A stretch of 64,000 bases of DNA from Eukaryota sp. GEM-RC1 (taxonomy: Eukaryota): positions 124,001-188,000 of the forward strand of contig JAUFOQ010000002.1 of the NCBI GenBank assembly GCA_040285855.1. Reading direction: 5' to 3'. Below the pieces are notes generated by a model. That model worked only from the letters and a program-made list of their open reading frames with translations, ran no database searches and had not been told where the DNA came from. Positions 48,091 to 59,722 of the stretch are shown piece by piece (the stretch's first letter is position 1; each line of letters begins with the position of its first letter). The translations under genes were made by a program, and so were the position numbers.

Positions 48091-50033
48091 ATTGCAGTAA
48101 ATAGTTTGGTTTACAGATTCAAAGGTCAATTATTAGATACCATAAAACTGATCATCGGTGAAAAACTCTTCGTTTTCAGAAATCCAACAGAAGCTACCAT
48201 CTTAGACTCTACTAGTAAAGGAGGGTTGGAGGTCACATCACGTATTTATCGATTGTAAAGACAATGAGGTTAAACTAATCCATGTGTAATTTAAAATTGT
48301 GCTAACATTCTACTTGGATTGAACGAAAGTATGTGACAACTAATTTGGAAACACCCTTAAATGAAACTTGTAGAACCTCGACTTTAGTTACACTAACCGT
48401 CATTTCTGGGTTTTATGGCTTAAACACACCACCTGTTGTGTTAGTAGTTTTGTTAAATGATTTTTGTTTTCAAATTTGAGATATATTTTTCAACTACCCT
48501 CTTTAACGGTAGAACAAGAAGCACAGACGAAGTGGTTACATTTGGATTTAGGATTTTAAATGATACCCTCAGAGTCAGAAACTGAGGATACCCGTCAGAA
48601 ACTGAGGATATCTCCTTGTTGATCATATATCCATTAGTTTTCTTTTCTAATCAACATGGTAGGTGAGATGAATCAAAGTTGACAACAGAATATTACCTTA
48701 GAGAATCATACGCAGGATACCTTTGTACTTTACGAGGTTCAAATTGAACCGCCGGGGTACTGTTTGAGACATAAATCTAACTATAGAGCGTTCATTGGTG
48801 CCCCTCAATCGATCGTTCTGCCAGGCCACCAAACTTCCTTTGCTACTAGTGAAAAAGTACCCTTTAAAGTGTCATACAGGTCATGTCATGAAAGTAAAAA
48901 TGTATGTACCCCTTTGCAGTACTGACCCCATGAAGACGCTGTTCAACTGATCTATAACCAGGAGCGTTACCAAACAAAGGAAGGATATCCGTGCTGTGTT
49001 GCATTATCTCTTCGAGGAGAGTTTGTTGATCTATGAAACTAACCATATATGTGTGTGTTATGCCGAACAGAAGTCAGACGAAGACGTTTCTTTCCTGATA
49101 TGGTCGAAGGAGAGCTTTTTGTACATGTCAATACATTCGGCAAAATAACAACAAATAAAGTTAATCACCACCTTGGAAGAAAACATGAAAAAGAAACTGT
49201 TAGGACAGCTCCTAGTTGTTTTCAAAGAGCTCACGTCATCCTTCTATTGTTCTTCCATTAGAGCGTAAGTTTCTGATTAAGAGTTTCAAATATCCACCGG
49301 TCGTTCATATGTTTGTATAAAAGCCTTGTTCAGAACTCTTCTAATATCGCCTCCAGTTCCAGTCCAAAATTAGAACTAGAGACGACAATACCAGTGTCTG
49401 TCTGACACAGATTTCCAGACCAACCATCATGTGCTATTTTTGGCGATCAAATTTCTTCCGGTTAGAATCCAGACATTCTGGCTGCAACGTGATCTTGGTT
49501 TCTTGTTGTCTTTGTTCTAGACTTCCAACGCATTCATTCTGAACAGCACACTGCCTGACTGTCAGTAGCATTTACGTCTGAACTCTTGACACTGACCGAC
49601 TGAAGTCCAGTAAGGATGTTACGTTGCTTTAATGATTTTGAGTTCTAGTTATTGTGCACTGTTTCTGTTCTATGAAATCCATGGTGATTTCAAGCAAAAG
49701 GTAAGGATGCTAGTAAGTCGTTGAAATATACTTCAACTGTTTTCGAACACCAAACATCTTTTGAGTTAATTTCTGTTCTCTCAGCATTAGGCATGTCAGT
49801 GGCTCCACTTATTGCTTGTGTTAAAAAAATGAGGAGTGTAAAAAGGATTGACTGTTGTTCTTGTGATAATACTTTTCTTCGCAATGCATTGCGTATACAT
49901 AATCGATGTATACAACTACCACTGTGGAACTTCTAGGTACCATCATCCAAAAGTAGCTCTCTTCCAATCCCTTTATAAGTATAAAATTTTTGTCAATTTT
50001 GTTTCTCCTTATAGAACAACCCCTTTGGATGAT

Positions 50034-51068
50034 ATGTCCAACACAACCTTTACCGACCGTACCTCTCTTATAACAAAGCTGTTGGAGGTATCTGAACACC
50101 TCCGTGCAGCGTCCTCACAACTATGTGACATGGTCAACCTCTTGGTGGGGATGGAACATGCACATGACTCAGACTCACCTCTTTCACCCACCAAAACCGA
50201 ATCAACGTCAGTGGCTAAGTCCTCCTCTTATATGTCCAGCCCCGTCGAAATCATGGCTGCTTCCTCAACTCCTGCTTCTCGTCCTAGGCGGAGCCCTGCT
50301 GCCACGTCAGACCCTGTAAGTCGAATCCTGAATGACGATCCCACTGAAATAGAAAACCTTCGCATTTGTATCTATGGACTCATTTCATCTTCCAAGAAGG
50401 GCCTAACATACAACCAACTCATCAGCACCTTCAGAGGTCGCAATTCTTCAACCGGGCTATTCGACCCTTCACATTTCGAGGCCAAACCAGCCATTGAGAA
50501 CTTCCCCCAGAACCATCAAGGACCCATAGGGTTTGGAATGATTCAGCACTTTGTAAACGACCAACGCTCTACGAAGGACATGGAAAGCTGCCTTCTACCA
50601 GTTCTAAACTATTTGATAGAGGAGGGTAAGATTGAAGAATACTTTAGTAGATTTACTGCTTTTTCAGTTCAAAGAGAACGTATAGATGCTATCAAACTAC
50701 ATAATTACACCACCGTTCCAGCAAATCAGCCTGCAAGTACGGAGGTGATACCAAGAGTGGAGCTAAGAAGGAGAACTGCCCGAGCTGTTGAGATTATTCT
50801 GAGTCACAAGCCCAACACAAGTGTCAATGCATTATTAGAGTTTCTACGGGGAACTCAAAGAAAGAAGAAGGTCATATCTGAATTGGAGCTAGACCCAGGG
50901 CAGATTGTTGTTCTTAAGAATCAGTTAACTAAACGTGCTTGTGAGGAATTAGTACAAGAGATTCTGGCTGAACGACAGCAACGTGCAAATTCCGGATTGA
51001 GTAATTTAAAAATGTTGTCAATGGTTGCCACACAAGAACCACCATTGAAAGCATCTCGCATTTATTAA
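50034..51068 (+). CDS. Hypothetical protein (Ser/Pro-rich linker, possible nuclear regulator)
   Basis: Long uninterrupted ORF from ATG 50034; no family recognised. Confidence 0.65.
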   Translation: MSNTTFTDRTSLITKLLEVSEHLRAASSQLCDMVNLLVGMEHAHDSDSPLSPTKTESTSVAKSSSYMSSPVEIMAASSTPASRPRRSPAATSDPVSRILNDDPTEIENLRICIYGLISSSKKGLTYNQLISTFRGRNSSTGLFDPSHFEAKPAIENFPQNHQGPIGFGMIQHFVNDQRSTKDMESCLLPVLNYLIEEGKIEEYFSRFTAFSVQRERIDAIKLHNYTTVPANQPASTEVIPRVELRRRTARAVEIILSHKPNTSVNALLEFLRGTQRKKKVISELELDPGQIVVLKNQLTKRACEELVQEILAERQQRANSGLSNLKMLSMVATQEPPLKASRIY

Positions 51069-51257
51069 GCCTCTGGTTTGCTATTGGGCTTTTCTGTTTG
51101 TATATCATAAATTATTTTCGTTAAAACACAGTGTATTCATTAGATGACAATATCACGGAGGCGGAAGAATTGGGCAAAACGCAGTCTTGGGGATGACAAG
51201 TTCTTTGTGAAGAGCCAACTAGAAACATGATGATGTTTCCAATTTGCAATTCTTGGA

Positions 51258-52832
51258 ATGTCGATGTTACGGCAACGTAGTCCATCATGTTCTCATTTGC
51301 ACTTGTCAAACTCACTGCTTTACAGCATTCTTCAGTATGTATCTATAAGACGACTTTTATGTTTCCGTCAACTGTCATCAAACTTGTCAATACTTGTCAT
51401 TCGTGTCTTAGCGAGAATGGAGGATATCTACATCAGCTGTGAACAGGATCTTTACCTACTGCCATTGTTTTCCAATGTAGAACGCCTCAGATTTGGCGGA
51501 CTTCTTACTCCTGCTCATATTAGATGCGCTCTATCACTAACGCCACCCACACTTCGCTACATCTCATTCATTGATTGCTCTGAACTTCCAAATGATCTTA
51601 GTTTCCTTCTTTTGAATCTTGACTTCCCTGAACTTCGAGTGATTGACCACCGTGAAACACAGTTCTTCACTGCTAGTTCCCTTCTAAGAAATCGTGCTCA
51701 CCTGTCTAGTCTACGACATCTATGTTTGTCGGTCGACTATTCAGGGATAGACAATCTTGCACACCACTTCAAGAATCTTTCATCCGTTAAGTTTTCTCCT
51801 GCTGTATCTATGAGCGAAGTCAAAGAGTTCCTCAAGATGTTGCAGCACCATGGTTGTAGGATTCTGTCTCTTCATGGTGTTAATGCTACGCCGAAAGAAC
51901 AACTGTTGGTTTGCCCATTACTGCAAACCATCTCAATTATTGACATACCCCATGACTATCGTTCACTATTCAATGAAATCCACCAGTCCAAAGTAGTCCA
52001 CCTCCTAGGACGACCCGTTCCTATCAGTTTCTTTCATTCTGCCCATCTGCTTTCCGTTTCTTTGTTCAACCCTTTTCCTTTAGAGACCCCACTTTATGAT
52101 TCTTCGAGTCTGTCTCAGACACTTCAAAACCTTTCAATAACTTCTGAACCTGGGTGTCACTGGGGTCCTTTCATCCGGTGTTGTAAGTCTCTTGTACGAC
52201 TGTCTTTACGTGGGGGAGCATATTCTGAACTCATGGAAATGATATCAAACGAACTCCCTCTGTCATTATTGAGATTTTCATGCATAGTTTCCGATTTTCC
52301 CATTGATCAAAGACATTGCCAATTTTTCAGTTCCTTTTTTAGGGCAAATCCTTCTGTTTCTCGACAGCTTACTAGCTTGGAGTTGGTTAGTGTTACTGGT
52401 TTTCCCAGACTCATGGTTTCCAACAAAGAACTTGATGTCCTTGCACAGTTTTCTTCTTTGCAGGAACTAGATCTCAGACATGTTGCTTTTCCACCACTGT
52501 CCTACAAACAAATATTCAAGTTCAAGGCTGGGATTCATCTGACCGATCACGTGTTGTATTCTCTGCACACACTGTCTCTGTGCGACTGTGATAACTTGGC
52601 CTCCTTTTCCGGAGCACTTGTTCGATCTAAGAAACTGAAGAAAGTAACTATTGTTGGAAGATGTACTTCATCTGATCTGAGAATTGCAAAAATCCTTCTC
52701 AACGAAGTTGTTCATGAGAATTGTATTGAACAATGTATTGTTTCACTTTCAACCTTCCAAGATACAACATTAAGAGTATTGTCTGTAATTTACTTTTTTA
52801 TTGTTAGTAGCTATATTTATCTCCAATCATAA
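51258..52832 (+). CDS. F-box / RNI-like LRR protein
   Basis: N-terminal LSNSLLYSILQYVSIRRLLCFRQLS, then LxxLxL repeats. Confidence 0.75.
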   Translation: MSMLRQRSPSCSHLHLSNSLLYSILQYVSIRRLLCFRQLSSNLSILVIRVLARMEDIYISCEQDLYLLPLFSNVERLRFGGLLTPAHIRCALSLTPPTLRYISFIDCSELPNDLSFLLLNLDFPELRVIDHRETQFFTASSLLRNRAHLSSLRHLCLSVDYSGIDNLAHHFKNLSSVKFSPAVSMSEVKEFLKMLQHHGCRILSLHGVNATPKEQLLVCPLLQTISIIDIPHDYRSLFNEIHQSKVVHLLGRPVPISFFHSAHLLSVSLFNPFPLETPLYDSSSLSQTLQNLSITSEPGCHWGPFIRCCKSLVRLSLRGGAYSELMEMISNELPLSLLRFSCIVSDFPIDQRHCQFFSSFFRANPSVSRQLTSLELVSVTGFPRLMVSNKELDVLAQFSSLQELDLRHVAFPPLSYKQIFKFKAGIHLTDHVLYSLHTLSLCDCDNLASFSGALVRSKKLKKVTIVGRCTSSDLRIAKILLNEVVHENCIEQCIVSLSTFQDTTLRVLSVIYFFIVSSYIYLQS

Positions 52833-53132
52833 ATTAATATTTAATTATCATAAAATATCAGTTTATCTGTTATCCCGCTCCAATAGAGAATATTCTGTCA
52901 ACGGCTCTTGGAGCAATCCAATCTTCGATACACAATCAGTCGTCAGAAAGAATGAACAAATCACATGATCATGGAAATACAGTAGCGTGGTTAAATCATC
53001 TTCCAAATGTCTATAGTGTTGAAATCGTGATAACGTGAGACAGTCAGCATCACAAACAAACGAAAGAATTCACTTTTGGCGGGTATCAACAATGATTATG
53101 TTCAAGAAACCCACTCTGCCTACATTTTCCAC

Positions 53133-54021
53133 ATGGGCTACTTTGGATCCGAATTTGATGACCTAGATGATTTCATTCCATTGGATGAACAAGATGATGG
53201 TCAGTACTCAATACTACCAACAATTGATGAAAACAAAACAACATGGCCATCGTGGACTGCTGTCTCCACCAGCAATGGCCACGTCCCACGTCAGTCCATG
53301 TTCCATCAATCCTTTGATGAAAATGTTCCCACCGTTGAGACACATTTTGATACATTTGATGATTCCACGATTCCCCTCGACCATGAACCTGGGTTCGTTA
53401 ATCAACATTTGTTCAACCCGTATCAGAGTTATTTTGGTTCAACTATAGATGGACATGACACAACGATCAACTCATTTGCATTTTCCCCTACAACAGCTAT
53501 TACTGGTTCACAGTATCAATTTGGACAACCTCCTCAACATAGTTTCATGCACCATCAACATCACATGATGGGATCAGAAGCATTTACCAACAGACATGGT
53601 CAAACAAGTCAACAAAACTTTACGTTACCCACATCGCTGTCACAGTCCACCAAGAACAAGTTCTGTAAGAACCGGGAATGTTTTGGCATTGTAAATAGAG
53701 TGGATGGAAAGTCTAGGTCACCGGTATGTTGCTTTCTACACTACACTCACCACAGTACTGTTGTAACAGTGTGTCTCAGCGTTAACAATAACTTTAGAAT
53801 GTCAAACGAGAGAACAGAACCTCCGTCAAGGAAGAGTAAGACCTAATAGGTCTCAAATAGCTCTGAAGAACACAATTCTGATTTTATCTCAACTTGCAAT
53901 TCCCAACTTACCTTCGTGTATTGCTCCGTGGATTGAAGATTATTTTAACCAATTGCCAGAGGAAGATCCAGATCCTCAAAAGATGGCAATAGCTGCCATG
54001 CATTGGCTTCAAACACAATGA
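53133..54021 (+). CDS. Low-complexity protein with C-terminal Cys4 motif (putative zinc-binding regulator)
   Basis: Introns 53724-53755 and 53769-53797 give FCKNREC...RSPYCCNKCQTREQNLRQGRV, open to TGA 54019-54021. Confidence 0.75.
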
Positions 54022-54067
54022 ATACATATATTTTAAGACACTATACAACCAAATAGTTTAAAGAATA

Positions 54068-57000
54068 TTAATAGTTTACACAGAGATCATTTGAACTATG
54101 TTTGCTTTTAAATCTAAGTCTATGCCAAGAACTAACAGAGCAAGACTCAATGATTAGTTCCGAGAGTTTATGTAACGACAAGAGCGGGAACAAATCCTTC
54201 ACTTTTGTTTTACTAATGTTCAACCTTTGGAGTGAACCAAGATTAGTCAAGGACTGAACAGATGTTATTCTGGTGTTGACAAGAGACAGTTCAGTCAAAT
54301 TAGAGAGATTTTGAAGAGGTGAGATATTTGCTACCCTTGTGTTTGAAAGACATAAAACTTTGAGGCTTGTGAGACCTTTAAGTGGACTAATGTCAACAAT
54401 ATCAGAATTGTTGGAGAGATACAATATCTCCAAATTCAAAGCACTAATTGGAACTAAATTTGAAACTCTCGTGAACTGGGCGTTTAACTCTTTTAAGTTG
54501 CAACAATACTGAAGAGGGGAGATGTCACGAACACAAACATGGCGCAAATTGAGATGATGTAGCGATGCAAGTGCTTGCTCAGTTATCGGAAGGTTCTCAG
54601 TGAGTTTAAAACGGGTTTTCAGAATGTGTTGCAGTGTGGGGTCAATGGGCACGGAAATTGGAGTTCCAGGAGATTGTTGTTGCGTAAGAGTTGCAAATGA
54701 AGGAACAAGTTCAGAGGAAAATGGCTGGATCTGTACAGGTTCTAACGGAACAACTGGGATCTCCTCGATTGAAGGATTTGGGTCTTCAGGCAACGTAAAG
54801 ACAGGAACATCAGAAGCAGCAGTGTTAAAGTGACGGAGGACCAAATACCGTTCCTTAAAGCGTGACAAGCCATTCATTTCAACAAGTTGTTCTAGTAGGT
54901 CATAACAGGTGTTCTTTAATTCCTCCACGAAGCTGAATTGAACAAAGTTCAGCAAGGCTTCACACATATCTGTAAGTTCATCTTCAGAGAAGAGGGTTAA
55001 ATCTGCCTCTGATAGCAAGTCAATAGCATAAGTGCCCAACGATGAGTTGAATGGGTTGAGGTAATTGAAAACTGGTTTGTTGTCTAACTGCGCCTGAAGA
55101 ACAGACACAACATCGGCCATCGATGGGCGCTCTAAAGGTTGAATAGTTAAACATGATTGAAGAGTTCTGACTAACGAACAAGGAATGGTTGACGGAAGAG
55201 GTGGAATATTGCCTTCATCAAGAGCTTGAATAATAAGTGCATCTCTAGAAGACCTTGAATCTAAATGACTCCACAGAGACTGACCAGAGAATACATAAAC
55301 ACAAATCAAAGCAAACGAGAAGACATCGGTCGATGCTGAATGAATAGCAACATCTTTGACCTGCTCAGGAGAAGCAAAACGAGGAGTAATGATGCGATTG
55401 TGTAGCAAACTAACTGAAGTATTGGAACTAGCAACATCTTTACCAGCACCCCAATCTATTATCACAGGTGCTTTATCTCTGAACAGAATGTTTTCAGGTT
55501 TTAAATCGCGATGAATAACGAAGTTTTCATGGCATATACACAGAGTGTTACCAATTTCGAGAAGAGTTCGAAGTTTTTGATTGTCCTTCATAGATGAAAC
55601 TCGATCAGTTAATGTTTCCTCAGATAGTCTTTCCATAACTATACCGAAATAAGCCAATTTTCTTTTGATCACCTTGCAAACACCAAAATAACGTGGAAGA
55701 CCAGGGAGGTCAATAATTTTCCTAATGGATGATATAATGTTGAACTCTTTGTTTAGAGCTACAGGGAATAGGTCATCAACATCTCCTTTGAAGAATTTCA
55801 CAGCAACCGATACAAGTCCATATTCTCCAAACACTACAAAGCCTTGGCCCCCCATAATGGTTTCACTCCAATCCAACTCCAATTCACTTTCACTGATGAC
55901 TAGAGGAGTCATTTGAGGACTGTCATCATTTAATAGCTCTCTGGAAAGCGTTAAGTTAGACAACTCCTCTTGAATGATATTTCTAAAAGATTGCTCAGAT
56001 TGTTGTTGATTTTCTATGGAAACTGACCGCAACTTAAGATCCAACTGACCTTCAAGATCCTGCAACCAATCTCTTGCTGAATCCCTGTCCATTGACGTGA
56101 TGGACTCTATCTGTTGAGAGGAAACCTTCTGCAATGAAGCACATGCGTTTGCTGTGAATCCAGTGTTGATTTCCAAAAGTAAGTCATTGAGCTCCTGATG
56201 ACATGCTTTAAAGTCTTCATTGAATCTTGGGTTAATTGTGTTGAAAACTACATACGATGAGCTGAACAAATTCCTCTTAAGCCACGATGCGCTGGAATAC
56301 CGCTTTAAGACCGTCAGAATCGTGGTACAACAACTTTCAAATGCGCAAAGAGAATCTTTCATTGCTATTAACTGACTACTAGACGATTCTCTTGCAAATG
56401 GACCCCATATAATGTTGGCTAATCGTAGTACTCTGGCAGATAACGCTGACGCTTGATACCGTGAGAATTTAGCCGTTCTAGTGAGGTTTATGATAGAAGC
56501 AACTAAGTAAGCGCCTTGGGACAATAATGGTATTGCTTGGAGTGACTTTATATAAGGTAAAACAGTAGAAACGAGTGGATCAAGAAACGAAGGAGTGACT
56601 GTCGATATGTCCAGATTAATTTTTTGGAAATGTTGACAAACTTCAGAAATCAATCGACAATCTAATTGTTCAAGTCTAAGCAAAGGAATTTGTGTACCAT
56701 TATCATTTGTGGAATTCATAGGAAAGGTTGCACTGAAATCCAGAGTAAACATATCGTCATTCATCATGTTATTGATGTGAACTTCTAATTGATTGAGAAA
56801 TCTAGAATAAGGAACATACAAAGAAGACGTACATGTCATACTGGTCGTGATGTTTAGATATCTGTTGAGTAGTAGCTGAGCACACTTGTTCAAACTTTGT
56901 CAAAGTACATTTCACTGACTCAGTATTTAAAAGAGTAAAGTCAGCAGAGATGGTGACAAAAACGTGTTCTAAGAAAGAAAAGAGACACGAAAAGGAAGGA

Positions 57001-57215
57001 AGAATTTGTAAGTGATGATCACAACACTCATATAAATTGTGCACAGCATGAATGAGGGGTAAAAGGGGAGTTACATGTTTAAGAGTATGAAGAAGAGATG
57101 AAAACAAGGATGCAAGATCTCTGGTTGAGAGTGATGAACCAACAAAAGAAGATTCTAGAGAATGATTTTGAAGCAACGATACTGCTTTCAAAACTTGATC
57201 AGGGGCCTCTGACAT
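54068..57215 (-). CDS. Helical (MLKL-NTD-like) domain + protein kinase + internalin-type LRRs
   Basis: GGQGFV, VAVK, HRDLKPEN, DWG, ASPE, DVFSF; 22-aa DISPLxxLxxLxxLxLxxT repeats; introns 56802-56832 and 56226-56255. Confidence 0.88.
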
Positions 57216-57429
57216 ATTTGATGATGATAGAGAGTGTTGCGAAATTTGGTTATCAAAGATCTACATGTACTAGTACCTACTTACAGTGTTCTTACACAGA
57301 ACTAAGACACAGAGCAACTGATCGGTTGCAACGAGATATCATGATAAGGCTCTGTCAAAGTCGTATTCTTCAACAATAATCATTTACTTATCCATTTTAG
57401 AAGAGTCGAAGTACAGTACGTGTACTGGT

Positions 57430-59722
57430 CACTTTTGCTATAATCTTGACAGAACTGACTATAATCTTGACAACTTCTTTTCACTTTCCCTCAAATATCT
57501 CTCTTTATTATTCATAAATATGAGCTTAAATCAAAACATCGTCTTAAATGAGGAGGACCCTACAATCAATCCAACAACACCAGTTCCAAATAATTTGATG
57601 TCTTTTGAATCCTATGAAGATGCTGTTAACTCTCTGCAAAAGTGGGCCGGTGATAAAGGTTTCTCTCTCCGTACCGATGGTGGTAATGAAGGCCGTGGAC
57701 GTGTTTATCTTTTATGCTCCTGTGCTTCTGTCCATAGACCTGGTCGTGTTAATGAGAACAATGACATTGCTCGACGTCGCTCAAAGACAAGAGTTAGGCA
57801 ATGTGCTTTTAAGCTGTACCTTAAACTTCAACGACGAACTTTGGAAGGTTGAATCAAGAAGTATAGTACACAAACATATGCTAGCAGCTGATAAAACTTC
57901 TACTTCTGAGTTGTATCACTCAATCAATTGGAAAGACTCATGTGTGCCCCGCTATCCACCACTCCGAAAAAAAATCCTGTTGCAACTCAGGAAAGAAGCA
58001 AGAACCAATAATGAAGCAGTTTTATTAACAGCCAAAGATATTTCAAATATCCGCTATAAAACGAAATTGGAATCACAGGAGGGCCGAGGGCCAATTGACA
58101 GTTTGATTGAAAAAACGCGGACGGGTACATCTTTCGAGTTAAGTCTGATGCCGAAAACCGACTTGAAGCCCTGTTTATTGTAAACCGGGAGGTACTGCCG
58201 ATTGCCAGAAGATTTCGGTATGTGTTCTGTCTTGACAGTACTTATAAGACAAATACATTTGGTATGCCAATGTTTCATATGGTTGGTTTTACGTGTTTAA
58301 ATTCATCGTTCAGTGCTGCCTGTGTCTTTATGGCGAAAGAAACTGAAGAATACTATCTTTGGACCTTGGAACAATTTAAAGATGTAATTAACATTAATCC
58401 AGGAGTTTTTCTTACAGATAAAGAAAAGGCATTGAATAATGCTGTCAGGCAAGTGTTTCCTACATCCGGTCACGTTTTATGCTTGTTCCATATCGTTCAA
58501 AATTTAATCCAAATTAAGAACGCTAAAGGAATTTCTGATCCAGCATGGAAAATATTTATGGAACATTTTTACTCCGTAATTCAAAGTGAAGCATTAGAAG
58601 AATTTTGTTGGAATTTGGACGTGATGACAGGCAAATATGAAAATGACCGAGAATGTGGTGATGCCTTCATCTATTTAATTAACAATTGGTTCGATATGAA
58701 GGAAAGTTTCTGTTATTACAATATTGATCAATTCACTCACTTTGAAACTTACACGAACAATCGAGCCGAGTCCGCCCACAATGCACTAAAATCCGGAGAT
58801 CGAATGTACAAAAGAGACTTGGAGAGTGCTATGGAAAATGTTATGGCTACTATGGAGCATCAAGTAATCGACTTAAGAAGAAACATTGATGTTGATAAGC
58901 AGAGAGTCGACCGAGAACTGATGAACACCCCTTTATTTGTGAACGTAATTCGACACGTGTCATCTTTTGCTTTGTTGAAGGTTTTACAAATTATTGCTTT
59001 TAGCCAAACGAATCATGTGGATTCAGTATATTCAGGTAGAACTGAGAGAATAACTGGAATTCCATGTATTCACAGCAGTAAAAGAACACAAAGACTTTCC
59101 AAAGATATGTTTCATCGACAGTGGTGGTTAGATGAGGAAGCAGAACCGAGTTTGACTATAATCTTGACAAATGACTAAAATCTTGACAAAAATGACTATG
59201 CTCTTGACAAAAATGACTAGAATCTTGACAGCTTCTCATTCTTGCTAGAATCTTGACAGAACTGACTAGATTCTTGACAAGTTGCTTTCTGATCCATTTT
59301 AGTGATATCATCATTTCTTCGTCACTGCCTCACTGTCTCCCTCTTTATGTTCTGGACCTGGGAGTTTCTGCTTTCGTTATCACATATACTTTAGTAGTTC
59401 AAATTCTACATTCTACAGTTCACTATTGCTCTAATGCTCACAATCACAATCTTTCTTGAATTTCTTACATCTTTGACAATGACTTCTGCTATCATGTCCT
59501 TCCTGGCGACACACTCTACATTTCCTTGCGGTTTTCTTCTTTTGAGTTCTTATCACCCTACCATTCTCCTCATGAACTTTTGGACCTTCGTATCGATGGG
59601 CAGACCTTGCTAAACCCACATTGGCAGCCTCTTCTAACCGTACCTTGTCTGCTGCTGACTCAGTAGACCGCCATTGATTGAACAGTTCTTCAACAGGATT
59701 AGAAATTTGACCTGGTTCTGCT
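57430..59722 (+). mobile_element. Rearranged Mutator/MULE element, tandem unit 1 (2293 bp)
   Basis: FAR1-like N-terminus; LDSTYKTN, FLTDKE, LCLFH, TNNRAESAH (DDE); ends built of about 21-bp TGACTATAATCTTGACA repeats; 3' part inverted. Confidence 0.92.

Noticed and set aside
48820..49700. Short ORFs suggesting a decayed gene
   Set aside because: No recognisable motif or consistent frame.
49979..50014. Possible 36-nt 5' UTR intron GTATAA..TTATAG
   Set aside because: The donor and the -7 position do not match the rule seen in the other ten introns.
53763..53791. Apparent GT-AA intron giving YCSLECQ
   Set aside because: A canonical GT-AG intron of equal length (53769-53797) restores the same frame and fits the donor and branch rule better.
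59148..59282. About 21-bp repeats as a CRISPR-like array
   Set aside because: No unique spacers and no cas genes; they are MULE terminal repeats.
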